Shown here: positions 40,866-51,488 of the stretch, one piece after another
How the letters are laid out: each line of letters begins with the position of its first letter
Numbering within the stretch: the stretch's first letter is position 1
NCBI GenBank assembly: GCA_902799655.1
Contig: CADCBH010000009.1
Location: 3,619-67,618, forward strand
Direction: 5' to 3'
DNA: 64,000 nt
From: an uncultured Bacteroidales bacterium
Lineage (GTDB): Bacteria; Bacteroidota; Bacteroidia; Bacteroidales; Bacteroidaceae
Notes under the pieces: model-generated
Database searches by the model: none
What the model was told of the DNA's origin: nothing
The model's input: the letters and a program-made list of their open reading frames with translations, nothing else
Program-made: the position numbers and the translations under genes

Positions 40866-42206
40866 TTATTCAACGGTTATCTTTTTCAAAGTATAGCCAT
40901 TACCCACCATGAAGAAGCCATCTTGCTCTTGCAACAGTTGTATAGATGTCTCGTTGATGACATACTCCAATACCATGTCGCCACTGATTGGGGTATCACC
41001 ACGGCCTGTGTCACCAGAACCTCCGGTAACGAGATTAGTCCACCAGGCAGATGCTGCAGTACCTTGACCTTCACCACTTACATAAGCACGCAGAATGGTA
41101 CCAACTTTGACATGGTTAATCAGCTCAGTCTGCAGAACTTTAAAAGGAGCGTCCCAGGTTACATCGAACGAACCTTCCCATAGAGTAGTCTCAGCGGAGG
41201 TTTCCACAGTAATCTTTTTCACGGTATATCCATTACCCACCATGAAGAAGCCGTCTTGCTCCTGAAGCAATTGTATAGATGTCTCGTTGATGACAAACTC
41301 CAATACCATGTCGCCACTGATTGGGGTATCACCACGACCTGTGTCACCAGAACCTCCGGTAACGAGATTAGTCCACCAGGCAGATGCTGCTGTACCTTGA
41401 CCTTCACCACTCACATAAGCACGCAGAACGGTACCAACTTTAACGTGGTTAATCAGCTCAGTCTGCAATTCTTTGAACGGGGTATCCCATGTTACATTGA
41501 ACGAGCCTTCCCAAAGAGTTACTTCTCCACCTACAGGATATGCGGGATCATGGTTAAGCTCAATAGTGCCAGCTTCGAAGACAACACCTTCCTTATCCTG
41601 AAGCTTCAGTGCATAGACACCATCAGCCAAGTCAGGAACAGTATATTCAATATAGTCACCCTCCTCATTGTAAACGGCATCTACTGAAGTCTCACCGATG
41701 ATAACCTTGGCCACTTTCGACATGTTTGAACCATGCATCGTAGCAGTAGTACCCTGTTTAACCAGAGTTTCGTGGATATCGCTGGCTGCAGGATATGGGT
41801 CGGAAGTAGCAGGTGTCACAGTAATGTTAAGGGTGCGCGAGGTACTCTTACCTACAGTAGTGGTAGCCACAATCTTCAGAACGTGTACACCAATGGGAAG
41901 TGTCTGGTCGATGACAGTGCCTTCGGCAATCTGTACACCATCAAGCAGCCAAGTTACAGTCGTATACTTAATAGGAGTGACCTTAATCTCGATATTCAGT
42001 TTGGTCAGGCGGTCCAGAGTCTGGTCTGCCAAGTCAGTATTCAGAATACGTGGGTCATCATTCTCCGATACCGTGAAGAAGGGATCGTCGTCAGATGAAC
42101 AAGACGTGAGGGCTGTGGTGCCTGCGAAAGCAAAGCACATCACGAAAAACATGGTCAGTGCTTTCCATCCCTTATGCTGATAATGTTTCATATTGTAAGT
42201 CATCAT
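40866..42206 (-). CDS. PUL surface glycan-binding lipoprotein (Ig/PKD-like domains plus two tandem C-terminal domains)
   Basis: Lipobox LTSC-SSDDD; immediately downstream of susD; Trp-rich duplicated module; start may be 42191. Confidence 0.75.
   Translation of the reverse strand: MMTYNMKHYQHKGWKALTMFFVMCFAFAGTTALTSCSSDDDPFFTVSENDDPRILNTDLADQTLDRLTKLNIEIKVTPIKYTTVTWLLDGVQIAEGTVIDQTLPIGVHVLKIVATTTVGKSTSRTLNITVTPATSDPYPAASDIHETLVKQGTTATMHGSNMSKVAKVIIGETSVDAVYNEEGDYIEYTVPDLADGVYALKLQDKEGVVFEAGTIELNHDPAYPVGGEVTLWEGSFNVTWDTPFKELQTELINHVKVGTVLRAYVSGEGQGTAASAWWTNLVTGGSGDTGRGDTPISGDMVLEFVINETSIQLLQEQDGFFMVGNGYTVKKITVETSAETTLWEGSFDVTWDAPFKVLQTELINHVKVGTILRAYVSGEGQGTAASAWWTNLVTGGSGDTGRGDTPISGDMVLEYVINETSIQLLQEQDGFFMVGNGYTLKKITVE
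40869..41520 (-). repeat. Intragenic tandem duplication, 333-bp period
   Basis: e.g. CCATTACCCACCATGAAGAAG at 40897 and 41230; near-identical protein repeats. Confidence 0.92.
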
Positions 42207-42235
42207 ATTTTCTCTAAACTATTATCTCTAAACTT

Positions 42236-43972
42236 TTACTTGATATATCCCTTTCCATATGGGGGTGTAAAGGTATCCTGTACTTTCAGGTCATCCTTAT
42301 CCCACCAGAGGTGCTTGTGCCAGTCGTCCTTACCACCTAAGCGCTCAATAGCAGCAGCGTAGTTAACACTATTATACTGTGATTCCAGTTCAGGGTAATT
42401 CAGACGGGTAGGCATGGTCAGATCGTCACTGGGCACAAAGCCATCTGTAAATGCTTCCAGACGTGTTCTGTCAAGTACGGCGGGGTAGTCAGAACGACGC
42501 ATGTTTGCCCAAGCCTCTGAAGGATTCGTCAGGTGGAGAATCCACGCCTGTGTGTTGATGGTCTCCTTGGGATTGGCTCCAAGAGGGTTATTCTGCAAGA
42601 AGGCATCAATCTCTTCAGAAGAAATCTTATTAGAAGTCAGATAACGGTTGTTGAGCAGTTCCATGGAAGCGCGTACACCAGCCTCATAGTAGCTCTTGAC
42701 ATCACCATCGGCAAACCATTCCATGGACTTAGCCTCAGCCAACAGGAATTGTACCTCAGCAGCAGTCATCAGTATGCCAGGATTAGTAGGCATCTCAAAG
42801 TCGATATTCAGCATTGGACGCATCATACGAGCACGATAGTCGCTGTTGTCATAGTTGTTGGGATCCTGTTCAGCCCACTTCTGGAGTGTGGGGAATTTAT
42901 CTGTAGAGAGCACATTCATCCAATTGTGCCACCATGCAGCACCTGGATTACATGGTTCCTCACCACCACTCACACTAAAGTTAGCCAAAAGCTCATCAGT
43001 CAAGTCAATATTCTGCTCTTTGTCGGGCTTTGTCTGATTACGCTTGATATTATAGTAGTGACGGCAGATACGATAGAGACGAGGATCGTTCGTATTCTTG
43101 AGCTGATAGAACAACGTAGAGCAGACGAGCGTGGGTGAAGAGGGATCTTGTCCGTAAAGAATCTCACTAAGCGCGTTGGTGCGGAAGTCATAGTCATCAG
43201 CACCGTTATAAAAAGTATAAGGTGAATCTTGATAGACAACGAATGCATCATCATCTGCTGAGTCAATATAGCCACTGTTCATGGCCTTCACAAATTCCGT
43301 CTTTGCCTTCTCTTCATTGACATCAGAGATACGCATAGCATAACGCATGCGAAGTGAGTTGGCATATTTCTTCCATTTGTTGACATCGCCACCCATACTG
43401 GTCACATCGCCCGTAATACGATCGGTACCAGTACCTAACTGCTGTACACAGGCTTCCAATTCGTCAAAGAACCAGTAGTATAGTTTCTCTACGGTATCGT
43501 ACTTAGGTGTAGACTTGTTTTCAATATAACCCAGACCGGCATCAGAGCAAGGCACATCACCATAAATGTCAGCCAGAACGCCTGTCAGAAATACCCGATG
43601 GATACGCAGAGCTGCATTCAGATTGGGTTTGTCTTCTGAATTGTGGATGGCATCGACAAGATTCTTAATAGACAGCACATAGTAACGATCCCATATACGA
43701 CGGCTGATGTCGTTCTCAAAATGAACAGAACCAGCATAGTATGTGACGTTCCAACCACCAGCCAAGTGCTGTGTGAAGCCAGTGATATAGTTACGGTAAG
43801 TATCCATCAGGCTGATATCACCATAAGTCTGCAACAGACAGGTGGTCAGCTGTGCATTGGGGTCAAGCTGAGAAACTTTCGAATCATCGGTATTCAGCTC
43901 CTCCATATAACTGTCGCTGCAGGCACTAAAGCTCAATGCTACGACGGTCAGTAATAAATATATCTTTTTCAT
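42236..43972 (-). CDS. susD: SusD-like lipoprotein
   Basis: Lipobox FSAC; LADIYGDVPCS, KWKKYANSLRMR, SEAWANMRR; follows susC. Confidence 0.9.
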   Translation of the reverse strand: MKKIYLLLTVVALSFSACSDSYMEELNTDDSKVSQLDPNAQLTTCLLQTYGDISLMDTYRNYITGFTQHLAGGWNVTYYAGSVHFENDISRRIWDRYYVLSIKNLVDAIHNSEDKPNLNAALRIHRVFLTGVLADIYGDVPCSDAGLGYIENKSTPKYDTVEKLYYWFFDELEACVQQLGTGTDRITGDVTSMGGDVNKWKKYANSLRMRYAMRISDVNEEKAKTEFVKAMNSGYIDSADDDAFVVYQDSPYTFYNGADDYDFRTNALSEILYGQDPSSPTLVCSTLFYQLKNTNDPRLYRICRHYYNIKRNQTKPDKEQNIDLTDELLANFSVSGGEEPCNPGAAWWHNWMNVLSTDKFPTLQKWAEQDPNNYDNSDYRARMMRPMLNIDFEMPTNPGILMTAAEVQFLLAEAKSMEWFADGDVKSYYEAGVRASMELLNNRYLTSNKISSEEIDAFLQNNPLGANPKETINTQAWILHLTNPSEAWANMRRSDYPAVLDRTRLEAFTDGFVPSDDLTMPTRLNYPELESQYNSVNYAAAIERLGGKDDWHKHLWWDKDDLKVQDTFTPPYGKGYIK

Positions 43973-43987
43973 AAGACGTATATGCAA

Positions 43988-46900
43988 TTAGAATTTGACG
44001 TTAACATTGAAACCATAGCTGCGGCGTGAGGGCAGCGAACCATACTCCAGACCGAGACCAGAGGTATTGTAACCAGAGTCAGGATCGATGTTGGGGATCT
44101 TCTTCCATACGATGAACGGGTTACGGGCCACGAAGCTAACACTGAGGCTCTTCACTACCTTCAACTTGCTGAGCATCTTCTCAGGGAAGGTGTAGCCGAA
44201 GGTTATCTCACGACACTTGATATATGAGTTATCATAAACAAAGGCGCTCTGCACATCATTAGCAACAGCCTTCCAATAAGTTTCGGGATTCACAGGAATA
44301 TCGTTCTGCCTATAGGTACCATCACCATTATCAATCACACCCGGAGCGATAAATCCATTGCATTTTTTTTCTGCACGCCATTCGGCATCCGTCTTTCCTG
44401 CAGCTTCACGAGCTTCCTCAGATGCGTACCACTCGTCACGACCAGCCAGTGTTTGAATAGCCTTACCTGTCTTATATGCTGAATTCATAGACATCGAGTA
44501 GAGGTCAGCACCAATCTTGACGTCGAAGCTAGCAGAGAGGCGGAAGTTTTTGTAAGTAAAGGTTGAATAAAAACCGCCTGTCCAATCCCATGATGAATTA
44601 CCAATCGTCTTGATTTCGTCGTCAACCTCGGGCAAACCGGTCTTAGCATTGATGATAACCTGGCCGTCAGGAGCGCGTTTGAAGTCCTTACCGCGGATGG
44701 CACCATAGTCCTCACCAACCTTAGCACCTACACTGACACCGCACCATGAGGCATTGGCTAGCTCAAAGTAATCCATACCCTCAACGAGTGATTTCACTTT
44801 GTTGACATTCTTCGAGTAGTTCACACCAGCATCCCATGCAAAGTCTTTATACTGGAGCACACGACCGTTGAGGGCGATCTCGATACCCTTATTCTCAATC
44901 TCACCAGCATTAATCAGACGGTAAGAGTAACCAGAAGTAGTCGTTGATGCCAGACCGATGATCTGGTCTTTAGACAGCTGATTATAGTAGGTCAAGTCTA
45001 AACTCAAACGATTGTTCAAGAACTTCATTTCCAAACCGAGTTCGAAAGAGTTGGTGCGAGTTGGCTTCAGGTCCTTGTTGGGCTGTGTGCTGTTGTTAAT
45101 CATACCAATGGTATAGCCCGAATAGCTGTACTTGCCAGTTGAATAGTTCAATGCCAGCTGGTAAGGATCAGTATCACTACCGACCTGTGCCCATGAGGCA
45201 CGGAACTTACCGTAGTTAATGAGCTTCTTATTGTTGATGAATTCAGAGAAGACGACGCTACCCGAGAAAGAGGGGTACACATATACATTATTATTAGTAG
45301 GCAGTGTAGAAGACTTATCACCACGAACCGTAGCCTCCAGATAATAGGTATGTTTATAACCTACACTGGCACTAGCATAGAGTGAGTTGATTTGCTTCTG
45401 ATACATGTCTTCACGCACGTTCTGCTCCTGATAGTTCATGATATTGATGACATCACTCATCTGCTGGGTCATACCAGTACTGGTGGTGGTCTTGTTGTTC
45501 ACTTTAAAGATGTTGCCACCCAGTGAGGCATTGACGTCGAAGTCGCCGAATGTGTTGTTATACAAGGCGAGCAGCTCGGCATTGAGCGTGCGGTTGTTGA
45601 AAATCTTGTTGGTCAACTGTCCAGCAGGTGTGCCTGGCGTTGTCTTGGCAATATAGTCCTCAAAGGTCATGTTGTTGATATCCGTACCAATGGTTCCCTG
45701 CAATTTCAGGTGGTCAGTGATATTCCAGATAGCCTTAGCGGTAAAACGGAATACGTCTTTTTTCGTTGTATTCTTGTTCTTGTAGAGATCCCAATAGGGG
45801 TTCTTGTTATACTGGTCATTACCATTCCAGTTTGAGTAGTTGCCATCAGCATCTTGATAAGTCTGCAGCCATGCCTGGTTGTAAGTACCTGCCAGTGTCA
45901 TGAGGTTCTTACCAACATTGCTCTGAGAGTCACCCAGGGCAGGACGGTTCTTTACATCCTCACGGGTATAGTTGGCAGTGAAGTCGAAATCAACAGGACC
46001 TGCGGAAGTGGTCACGCGCAGGTTGAAGTTATCACGGCTCATGTTGGTGTTGGGAAGGATGTCCTTGTTGCGCATGTCGGTCACAGAGAAACGTAGACCC
46101 GTCTTACCAGAGCTAACGCTCAGAATAGCTGTATTCTGTGTGGTAAAACCAGTACGGAAAAAGCCGTCGGCATTGTTAGGATACATCTTAAACTCACGCT
46201 CTACACCATCGAAATACTTATAGACGAAAGCATCGGCCTTAGGACCCCAGCTTGAGTTAGTACCAGAGGTGCTCGATGTAGGCAATTTGCCACCATAGCC
46301 CATACCATAGACCTCTTGGATATCATCCCACTTGGCCAACTGAGTATCTACAGTAAACGAACCATTATACTCAACACTGATTCGGTCCTTTTCAGCCTTC
46401 TTGGTGGTGATAAGGATCACACCGTGAGAGGCACGGCTACCATACAGGGCAGAAGCAGCAGGACCTTTCAGCACAGTCATGTTCTCAATATCATCAGGGT
46501 TGATGGCAGAGATACCGTCACCAAGGTCATAACCGCCGGCCTCGCCTGCGCTACCAAAGTTGGTATTGTCCAAGGGCACACCGTCAATCACATAGAGAGG
46601 CTGGTTGTTACCTGTCATCTCCGTATTACCACGAAGCAGCACGCGGGTAGAACCAGAGGCGCCACCAGCGGTATTCTGGACGACGAGACCGGCCACCTTA
46701 CCAGACAGTGAGTTGATCACATTGGTTTCCTTAGCCTTGGTGAGCTCCTCACCCTTCACCTCAGAAACGCCATAACCCAGGGCTTTGCGGTCACGCTTGA
46801 TACCCAGGGCTGTTACTACCACCTCGCTGAGGGCGGTACTCTCTTCCTCCATCAGGACAGTCATACCGTTGGCAGCCTTTACGGTTACCTCTTTGTAACC

Positions 46901-47170
46901 CACATAGCTGATGATCAACTCTGTGCCAGGTTTTACATCGACGGTAAAACGACCATCCAGATCAGTGACGGCACCGGTAGTCGTACCCTTCACACGGATG
47001 CTTGCACCGATGATAGGTTCCTTACCGTCAGTCACCGTACCAGAAATCTTTGAAGCTTGCTGTACGCTGGAAACTCCCATGACGTCAGCAAACGACGACT
47101 GCAGGGCTACTGGCAACCACAGGGCTCCAGCGGCTAACATGCAGGCAATACTACGATTGTTCAGTTTCAT
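43988..47170 (-). CDS. susC: SusC-like TonB-dependent transporter
   Basis: EVVVTALG, QPLYVIDGVP, VLKGPAASALYGSRASHGVILITTK, C-terminal GFNVNVKF. Confidence 0.95.
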   Translation of the reverse strand: MKLNNRSIACMLAAGALWLPVALQSSFADVMGVSSVQQASKISGTVTDGKEPIIGASIRVKGTTTGAVTDLDGRFTVDVKPGTELIISYVGYKEVTVKAANGMTVLMEEESTALSEVVVTALGIKRDRKALGYGVSEVKGEELTKAKETNVINSLSGKVAGLVVQNTAGGASGSTRVLLRGNTEMTGNNQPLYVIDGVPLDNTNFGSAGEAGGYDLGDGISAINPDDIENMTVLKGPAASALYGSRASHGVILITTKKAEKDRISVEYNGSFTVDTQLAKWDDIQEVYGMGYGGKLPTSSTSGTNSSWGPKADAFVYKYFDGVEREFKMYPNNADGFFRTGFTTQNTAILSVSSGKTGLRFSVTDMRNKDILPNTNMSRDNFNLRVTTSAGPVDFDFTANYTREDVKNRPALGDSQSNVGKNLMTLAGTYNQAWLQTYQDADGNYSNWNGNDQYNKNPYWDLYKNKNTTKKDVFRFTAKAIWNITDHLKLQGTIGTDINNMTFEDYIAKTTPGTPAGQLTNKIFNNRTLNAELLALYNNTFGDFDVNASLGGNIFKVNNKTTTSTGMTQQMSDVINIMNYQEQNVREDMYQKQINSLYASASVGYKHTYYLEATVRGDKSSTLPTNNNVYVYPSFSGSVVFSEFINNKKLINYGKFRASWAQVGSDTDPYQLALNYSTGKYSYSGYTIGMINNSTQPNKDLKPTRTNSFELGLEMKFLNNRLSLDLTYYNQLSKDQIIGLASTTTSGYSYRLINAGEIENKGIEIALNGRVLQYKDFAWDAGVNYSKNVNKVKSLVEGMDYFELANASWCGVSVGAKVGEDYGAIRGKDFKRAPDGQVIINAKTGLPEVDDEIKTIGNSSWDWTGGFYSTFTYKNFRLSASFDVKIGADLYSMSMNSAYKTGKAIQTLAGRDEWYASEEAREAAGKTDAEWRAEKKCNGFIAPGVIDNGDGTYRQNDIPVNPETYWKAVANDVQSAFVYDNSYIKCREITFGYTFPEKMLSKLKVVKSLSVSFVARNPFIVWKKIPNIDPDSGYNTSGLGLEYGSLPSRRSYGFNVNVKF

Positions 47171-47237
47171 AGATGTACTTGAATTGTTATTATTAGGTTA
47201 TTTTGAATGAAGTCTGTATGACTCGTTTTAAGCACTG

Positions 47238-47294
47238 CAAAAGTAGATATTATTTATAATAAAGAGGTTTGATTGCGTACATAATGAGGTTTGA
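47238..47294 (-). promoter_or_regulatory. susC promoter with tandem operator
   Basis: TACTTTTG (47238-47245) and GAGGTTTGA at 47264 and 47286 (22-bp period). Confidence 0.7.
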
Positions 47295-47347
47295 ATGCTA
47301 ACGATTGAGAGTATCTATACCTTTTGTACCAGCCCCGCAATAGGCTC

Positions 47348-47460
47348 AAACAAAGGGGGTGAACCCTTGAGTAGGTCCACCCCCTTTCCACTTACATGTG
47401 TTACTAACTACTAAAAACTACTACTAAAAACTACTTATATCTTGATTACCTATTGAATGA
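47348..47460 (-). ncRNA. Candidate PUL-associated sRNA (~110 nt)
   Basis: Own promoter, no ORF, repeated UAGUUUUUAGUAG body, terminator 47352-47387 whose mismatch is G-U only on minus. Confidence 0.6.
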
Positions 47461-47465
47461 TGATG

Positions 47466-47522
47466 CAAAAGTAGTGTTTTTTTCGGTGATAGTGGTTTGA
47501 AAGCATACAAAAAGAGGTTTGA
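47466..47522 (-). promoter_or_regulatory. sRNA promoter with the same operator as susC
   Basis: TACTTTTG (47466-47473); GTGGTTTGA 47492 and GAGGTTTGA 47514; same 26-bp offset and 22-bp period. Confidence 0.7.
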
Positions 47523-47553
47523 AAACTGATGTATGCAAATTTTCAAACCTCTT
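47508..47553 (-). terminator. Terminator of GH5-GH94-MFS operon
   Basis: 14-bp perfect stem AAGAGGTTTGAAAA (47512-47525) / TTTTCAAACCTCTT (47540-47553), U-tract on minus. Confidence 0.7.
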
Positions 47554-47570
47554 CAGATAGGATTTACACC

Positions 47571-48914
47571 TTACTTCTTAATCGGGTAGATATATAGCAA
47601 TCCCCACATAATCGCAGCAATAATAGCTGGGAAAACGGAGAAGAGCGCCCATATCATCTTGTTCACAGAGATGGGGTCCGTGATGGTAACTGTGGTCTGA
47701 CCAGTCACGGGATCAGTACCAGAGGCAAATCCGGCGATGCCGAGCAGGAGTACGACGAGGGAGCCGCTGATGGCTGTGCCGAACTTCATCGCCATGGTGC
47801 CAGAGGAGAAGATGAGTCCTGTGGAGGATGTGCCGTTCTTCTGTGTGGCATAGTCGGAGACGTCGGCATACATAGACCAGAGCAGTGGTGAGTAGATGCC
47901 GATGCCGACGGATGTGAGTATGACGATGGCTATCATGAGCCAGATGTAGGCTGGATCCATGGGTATGAAGAAGAAGAGGATGGAAGTGATGGTGCAGATG
48001 ACTGCAGCCCACATAAAGGCTTTGCGCTTGGACCCTACCCACTTGGTAAAGACGGGCGAGATGGCGCCGAATAGCATGCAGGTAGCCTCGCCGAATGTCA
48101 TAAAGACGGTATAGCTGATGATGAGTCCGCTAACGGTGATGTTGCCATGCATGCAGTATTCGAACATATATCCTGCTACGGCGTATCGGAATCCGTTGAA
48201 GAAGTTCATGCAGATGCCGATGAGTGTGAGGATGATCCAGGGGCGGTTGCGGAAGAGGTCGGCAAAGGGTTTGAGGGAGAATTTCTCGGCACGAACCGGT
48301 TTGAGGCGCTCCTTGGTCATCAGTCCGCATGCCAGTGTGCCGGCAGCCGCCAGGAGTCCGAAGAAGGCGCCGAGCACAGCATACTGGTGCTGGTCGGAGC
48401 CCCCGACGAATTTCTGGAGGTAGGGGAAGGAGAGCAGTGTGATGAATCCCATGGCATAGGCTCCCACCATACGGAATGCCGAGAACTGGTTTTTCTCATA
48501 GTCGTCAGTAGTCATGACGCCCAGCAAGGAGCCGTATGGCACGTTGACGGCTGTATAGACCACCATCATGAGCAGGTAGAGTGTATAGGCCCAGATGCGT
48601 TTTCCCATAGGACCGAAGTCGGGTGTATAGAGCAGCAGGGCGAAGATGAGTCCAAAGGGTATGGCACCGAAGATGAGCCAGGGGCGGTATGTGCCCCATC
48701 GGCTCTGTGTGCGGTCGGCCAGTGTACCCATCATGGGGTCGGTGACCACGTCGAACATTCGTGCGATAAGCATCAGTGTGGCTGTGTCGGCCACGGTGAG
48801 TCCGAAGATGTTGGTAAAGAATAGCGGGAAAGCTATCGACATCACCTTCCATGTGATGCCACCAGCTGCCGCGTCACCCAAAGCATATCCTATTTTTTCA
48901 CTTAGTTTTGCCAT
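47571..48914 (-). CDS. MFS glycoside-pentoside-hexuronide transporter
   Basis: EKIGYALGD, RMFDVVTDP, RWGTYRPW, MYADVSDY. Confidence 0.9.
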   Translation of the reverse strand: MAKLSEKIGYALGDAAAGGITWKVMSIAFPLFFTNIFGLTVADTATLMLIARMFDVVTDPMMGTLADRTQSRWGTYRPWLIFGAIPFGLIFALLLYTPDFGPMGKRIWAYTLYLLMMVVYTAVNVPYGSLLGVMTTDDYEKNQFSAFRMVGAYAMGFITLLSFPYLQKFVGGSDQHQYAVLGAFFGLLAAAGTLACGLMTKERLKPVRAEKFSLKPFADLFRNRPWIILTLIGICMNFFNGFRYAVAGYMFEYCMHGNITVSGLIISYTVFMTFGEATCMLFGAISPVFTKWVGSKRKAFMWAAVICTITSILFFFIPMDPAYIWLMIAIVILTSVGIGIYSPLLWSMYADVSDYATQKNGTSSTGLIFSSGTMAMKFGTAISGSLVVLLLGIAGFASGTDPVTGQTTVTITDPISVNKMIWALFSVFPAIIAAIMWGLLYIYPIKK

Positions 48915-48949
48915 AGCGTTGTCGTAATTAGTAAATGGTAGATAGTGAT

Positions 48950-51424
48950 TTACATGATGACCTCTACGGTGTGCTTACCTGGCGTAGCCTTGATGACGTT
49001 GCCGTCGATGGCAGTGCCGTCGAGCAGCACCTTGGTGACGCCGCTTTGCTTGCCTTCGGGGTTTTTCACCGTGATGTCGAACACGGCATCGCGCAGCACG
49101 CGCTTCACATGATATTCCTTGAGTGTTGACGGAATGCAAGGATCGACTTCGATGCCATCGAAGGTAGGTTTGACGCCGAGGATATACTGTGTGATGGTCA
49201 GCCAGTTCCATGCGGCAGTACCCGTAAGCCACGAGTTCTTACCCTCACCAGGGCGGGCAGCATCCTTACCTGCCACCATCTGGCAATAGACGTAAGGTTC
49301 AACCTTGTGAAGCTGCTGGTCTGTGATCCATGCGGGACATATCTTGGTATAGTGCTCCCAGGCATCGTTGCCACGCCGTGCCACCGTCTCACCGATAATG
49401 ACCCAGGGATTGTTGTGGCAGAAGATACCAGCGTTCTCCTTATAGCCGGCAGGGTAGCTGGAGATTTCGCCCATCTCGACATAATAGCGGGTGAAGGCAG
49501 GATTGTTGAGTACCATGCCGTGCTCGCAGTCGAGGTATTTCTTGCAGCTGTCGAGCGCCTTATCGACCATACCCTCTTCCTGTCCGATGCCTGCCATGGT
49601 GCAGAATCCCTGACTCTCGATGAATATTTTGCCCTCTTCGCACTCCTTGGAGCCAATCTTATTGCCATAGAAGTCGTATGCTCGCAGATACCACTCGCCA
49701 TCCCATCCATGCTTCTTGACAGCCTCGACCATAGCGTCTATGCACCCTTGAGCACGGTTGGCCTCCTCGAGTTTACCCATCTTCTCACAGAGTTCGACAT
49801 ACTGTTTGCCTGTGAAGACGAACAAGCCAGCAATCATCAGTGACTCAGCCTTTGAGCCCACGCTGTTGTTCTCGGTAGTCTGGAACGACTCGTTGGGGTC
49901 CCATGAGAAGCAGTTCAGATTCAGACAGTCGTTCCAGTCGGCGCGCCCGATGAGTGGCAGCATGTGAGGACCGAGATTCTCTACCACGTGATTGAACGAG
50001 ATGCGCAGGTGTTCGAAGAGAGACACCTCGCTGCCAGGCTGGTTGTCCCAGGGTACCTGCTCGTCGAGGATAGAGAAGTCGCCCGTCTCCTTGATATAGG
50101 CGACAGTGCCGAAGATGAGCCAGCAGGGGTCATCGTTGAAACCGCCACCGATATCGTTGTTGCCGCGCTTGGTGAGAGGCTGGTACTGGTGGTAGCAGCC
50201 ACCGTCGGGGAACTGTGTCGATGCGATATCGATGATGCGCTGACGAGCACGGCTCGGTATCTGGTGAACGAAACCCACCAAGTCCTGGTTGGAATCGCGG
50301 AAGCCCATGCCGCGGCCTACGCCACTCTCGAAGAACGAGGCAGAACGTGAGAAGCAGAAGGTGATCATACACTGATACTGGTTCCAGATGTTGACCATAC
50401 GGTTCAGACGTTCGTCATCGCTCTGGACGCTGAACTTGCTCAGCAGTTCATCCCACAACTGGCACAGTTCGGCGAAGGCAGCATCGACAGCCTCGACGGT
50501 AGCAAAGCGGCTGATGACGGCATGCGCCTTCTCCTTATTGATAATGGTATGGTCGAGGGCACCCAAGGAGGTAATCAGATCACCCTCCTTGGCAGCAAAC
50601 TTCTTCTCCTGCTCGTTTTCAACATAGCCCAGCACAAAGATCAAGTCACGGCTCTCACCAGGCTGCAGCGTCACCTCCACATAGTGCGAGGCGATAGGAC
50701 TCCAACCGTGAGCCAGCGATTTGGCAGGCTTTCCAGCCATGACACACTGAGGATTAGAGAAGTCGTTATAGAGTCCGATGAATGTTTCGCGGTCGGTATC
50801 GTAGCCGTCGGCCTTGGCATTGGTCAGCGCGTAGTAGGCATAGTGGTTACGTCGCTCCTTATACTCGGTCTTATGGTAGATGACAGACCCGCTCTCAATC
50901 TCCACCTCACCAGTCGACCAGTTACGCTGGAAGTTCTCCATATCAGTAGCAGCATTCCAGAGGCACCACTCGGTGAAGGAGAAGAGCTGCAGCGTCTTCA
51001 CGGCCTGAGAGGTATTCTTCAGCGTCAGTTTCTGTACCTCAGCCCATGTGTGAAGAGGAACGAAGAAGAGCACCGAAGCCTCCACGCCATTCTTACTGCC
51101 CGTAATACGGGTATAGTTCATGCCATGCCGGCACTCATAGCTGTCGAGTGGTGTCTTAGAAGGTTTCCATCCCGGGTTCCATACCGTCTCGCCATCCTTG
51201 ATATAGAAATAGCGGCCTCCTGCATCCATGGGAACACCATTGTAGCGGTAACGTGTGATGCGGCGGAACTTGGCATCCTTGTAGAAGTCGTAGCCACCGG
51301 CAGTATTGGAAATCAATCCAAAGAAGTCCTCATTGCCCAGATAGTTGATCCAAGGGAACGGTGTAGCAGGATCTGTGATGACATACTCACGATGCTGATC
51401 ATCAAAATGTCCAAATGATTTCAT
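48950..51424 (-). CDS. GH94 cellobiose-type phosphorylase
   Basis: [59 protein letters not shown]; exact acceptor specificity not determinable by eye. Confidence 0.92.
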   Translation of the reverse strand: MKSFGHFDDQHREYVITDPATPFPWINYLGNEDFFGLISNTAGGYDFYKDAKFRRITRYRYNGVPMDAGGRYFYIKDGETVWNPGWKPSKTPLDSYECRHGMNYTRITGSKNGVEASVLFFVPLHTWAEVQKLTLKNTSQAVKTLQLFSFTEWCLWNAATDMENFQRNWSTGEVEIESGSVIYHKTEYKERRNHYAYYALTNAKADGYDTDRETFIGLYNDFSNPQCVMAGKPAKSLAHGWSPIASHYVEVTLQPGESRDLIFVLGYVENEQEKKFAAKEGDLITSLGALDHTIINKEKAHAVISRFATVEAVDAAFAELCQLWDELLSKFSVQSDDERLNRMVNIWNQYQCMITFCFSRSASFFESGVGRGMGFRDSNQDLVGFVHQIPSRARQRIIDIASTQFPDGGCYHQYQPLTKRGNNDIGGGFNDDPCWLIFGTVAYIKETGDFSILDEQVPWDNQPGSEVSLFEHLRISFNHVVENLGPHMLPLIGRADWNDCLNLNCFSWDPNESFQTTENNSVGSKAESLMIAGLFVFTGKQYVELCEKMGKLEEANRAQGCIDAMVEAVKKHGWDGEWYLRAYDFYGNKIGSKECEEGKIFIESQGFCTMAGIGQEEGMVDKALDSCKKYLDCEHGMVLNNPAFTRYYVEMGEISSYPAGYKENAGIFCHNNPWVIIGETVARRGNDAWEHYTKICPAWITDQQLHKVEPYVYCQMVAGKDAARPGEGKNSWLTGTAAWNWLTITQYILGVKPTFDGIEVDPCIPSTLKEYHVKRVLRDAVFDITVKNPEGKQSGVTKVLLDGTAIDGNVIKATPGKHTVEVIM

Positions 51425-51438
51425 AATATTCTTTTTCT

Positions 51439-51486
51439 ATATTTCGTTAATTCGATGTTCCGATGTTTCGATAATTCGATATTTCG
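51439..51486 (-). repeat. TCGA-core 8-bp tandem array (6 units)
   Basis: Minus strand: TCGAAATA TCGAATTA TCGAAACA TCGGAACA TCGAATTA ACGAAATA. Confidence 0.85.
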
Positions 51487-51488
51487 AA

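Noticed and set aside
40866-48914. GC contrast between susC/D and MFS/GH94 as a chimeric PUL
   Set aside because: Spot counts of 60-nt lines overlapped (about 37-61% versus 58-60%), amino-acid composition could explain it, and both halves share one operator motif.
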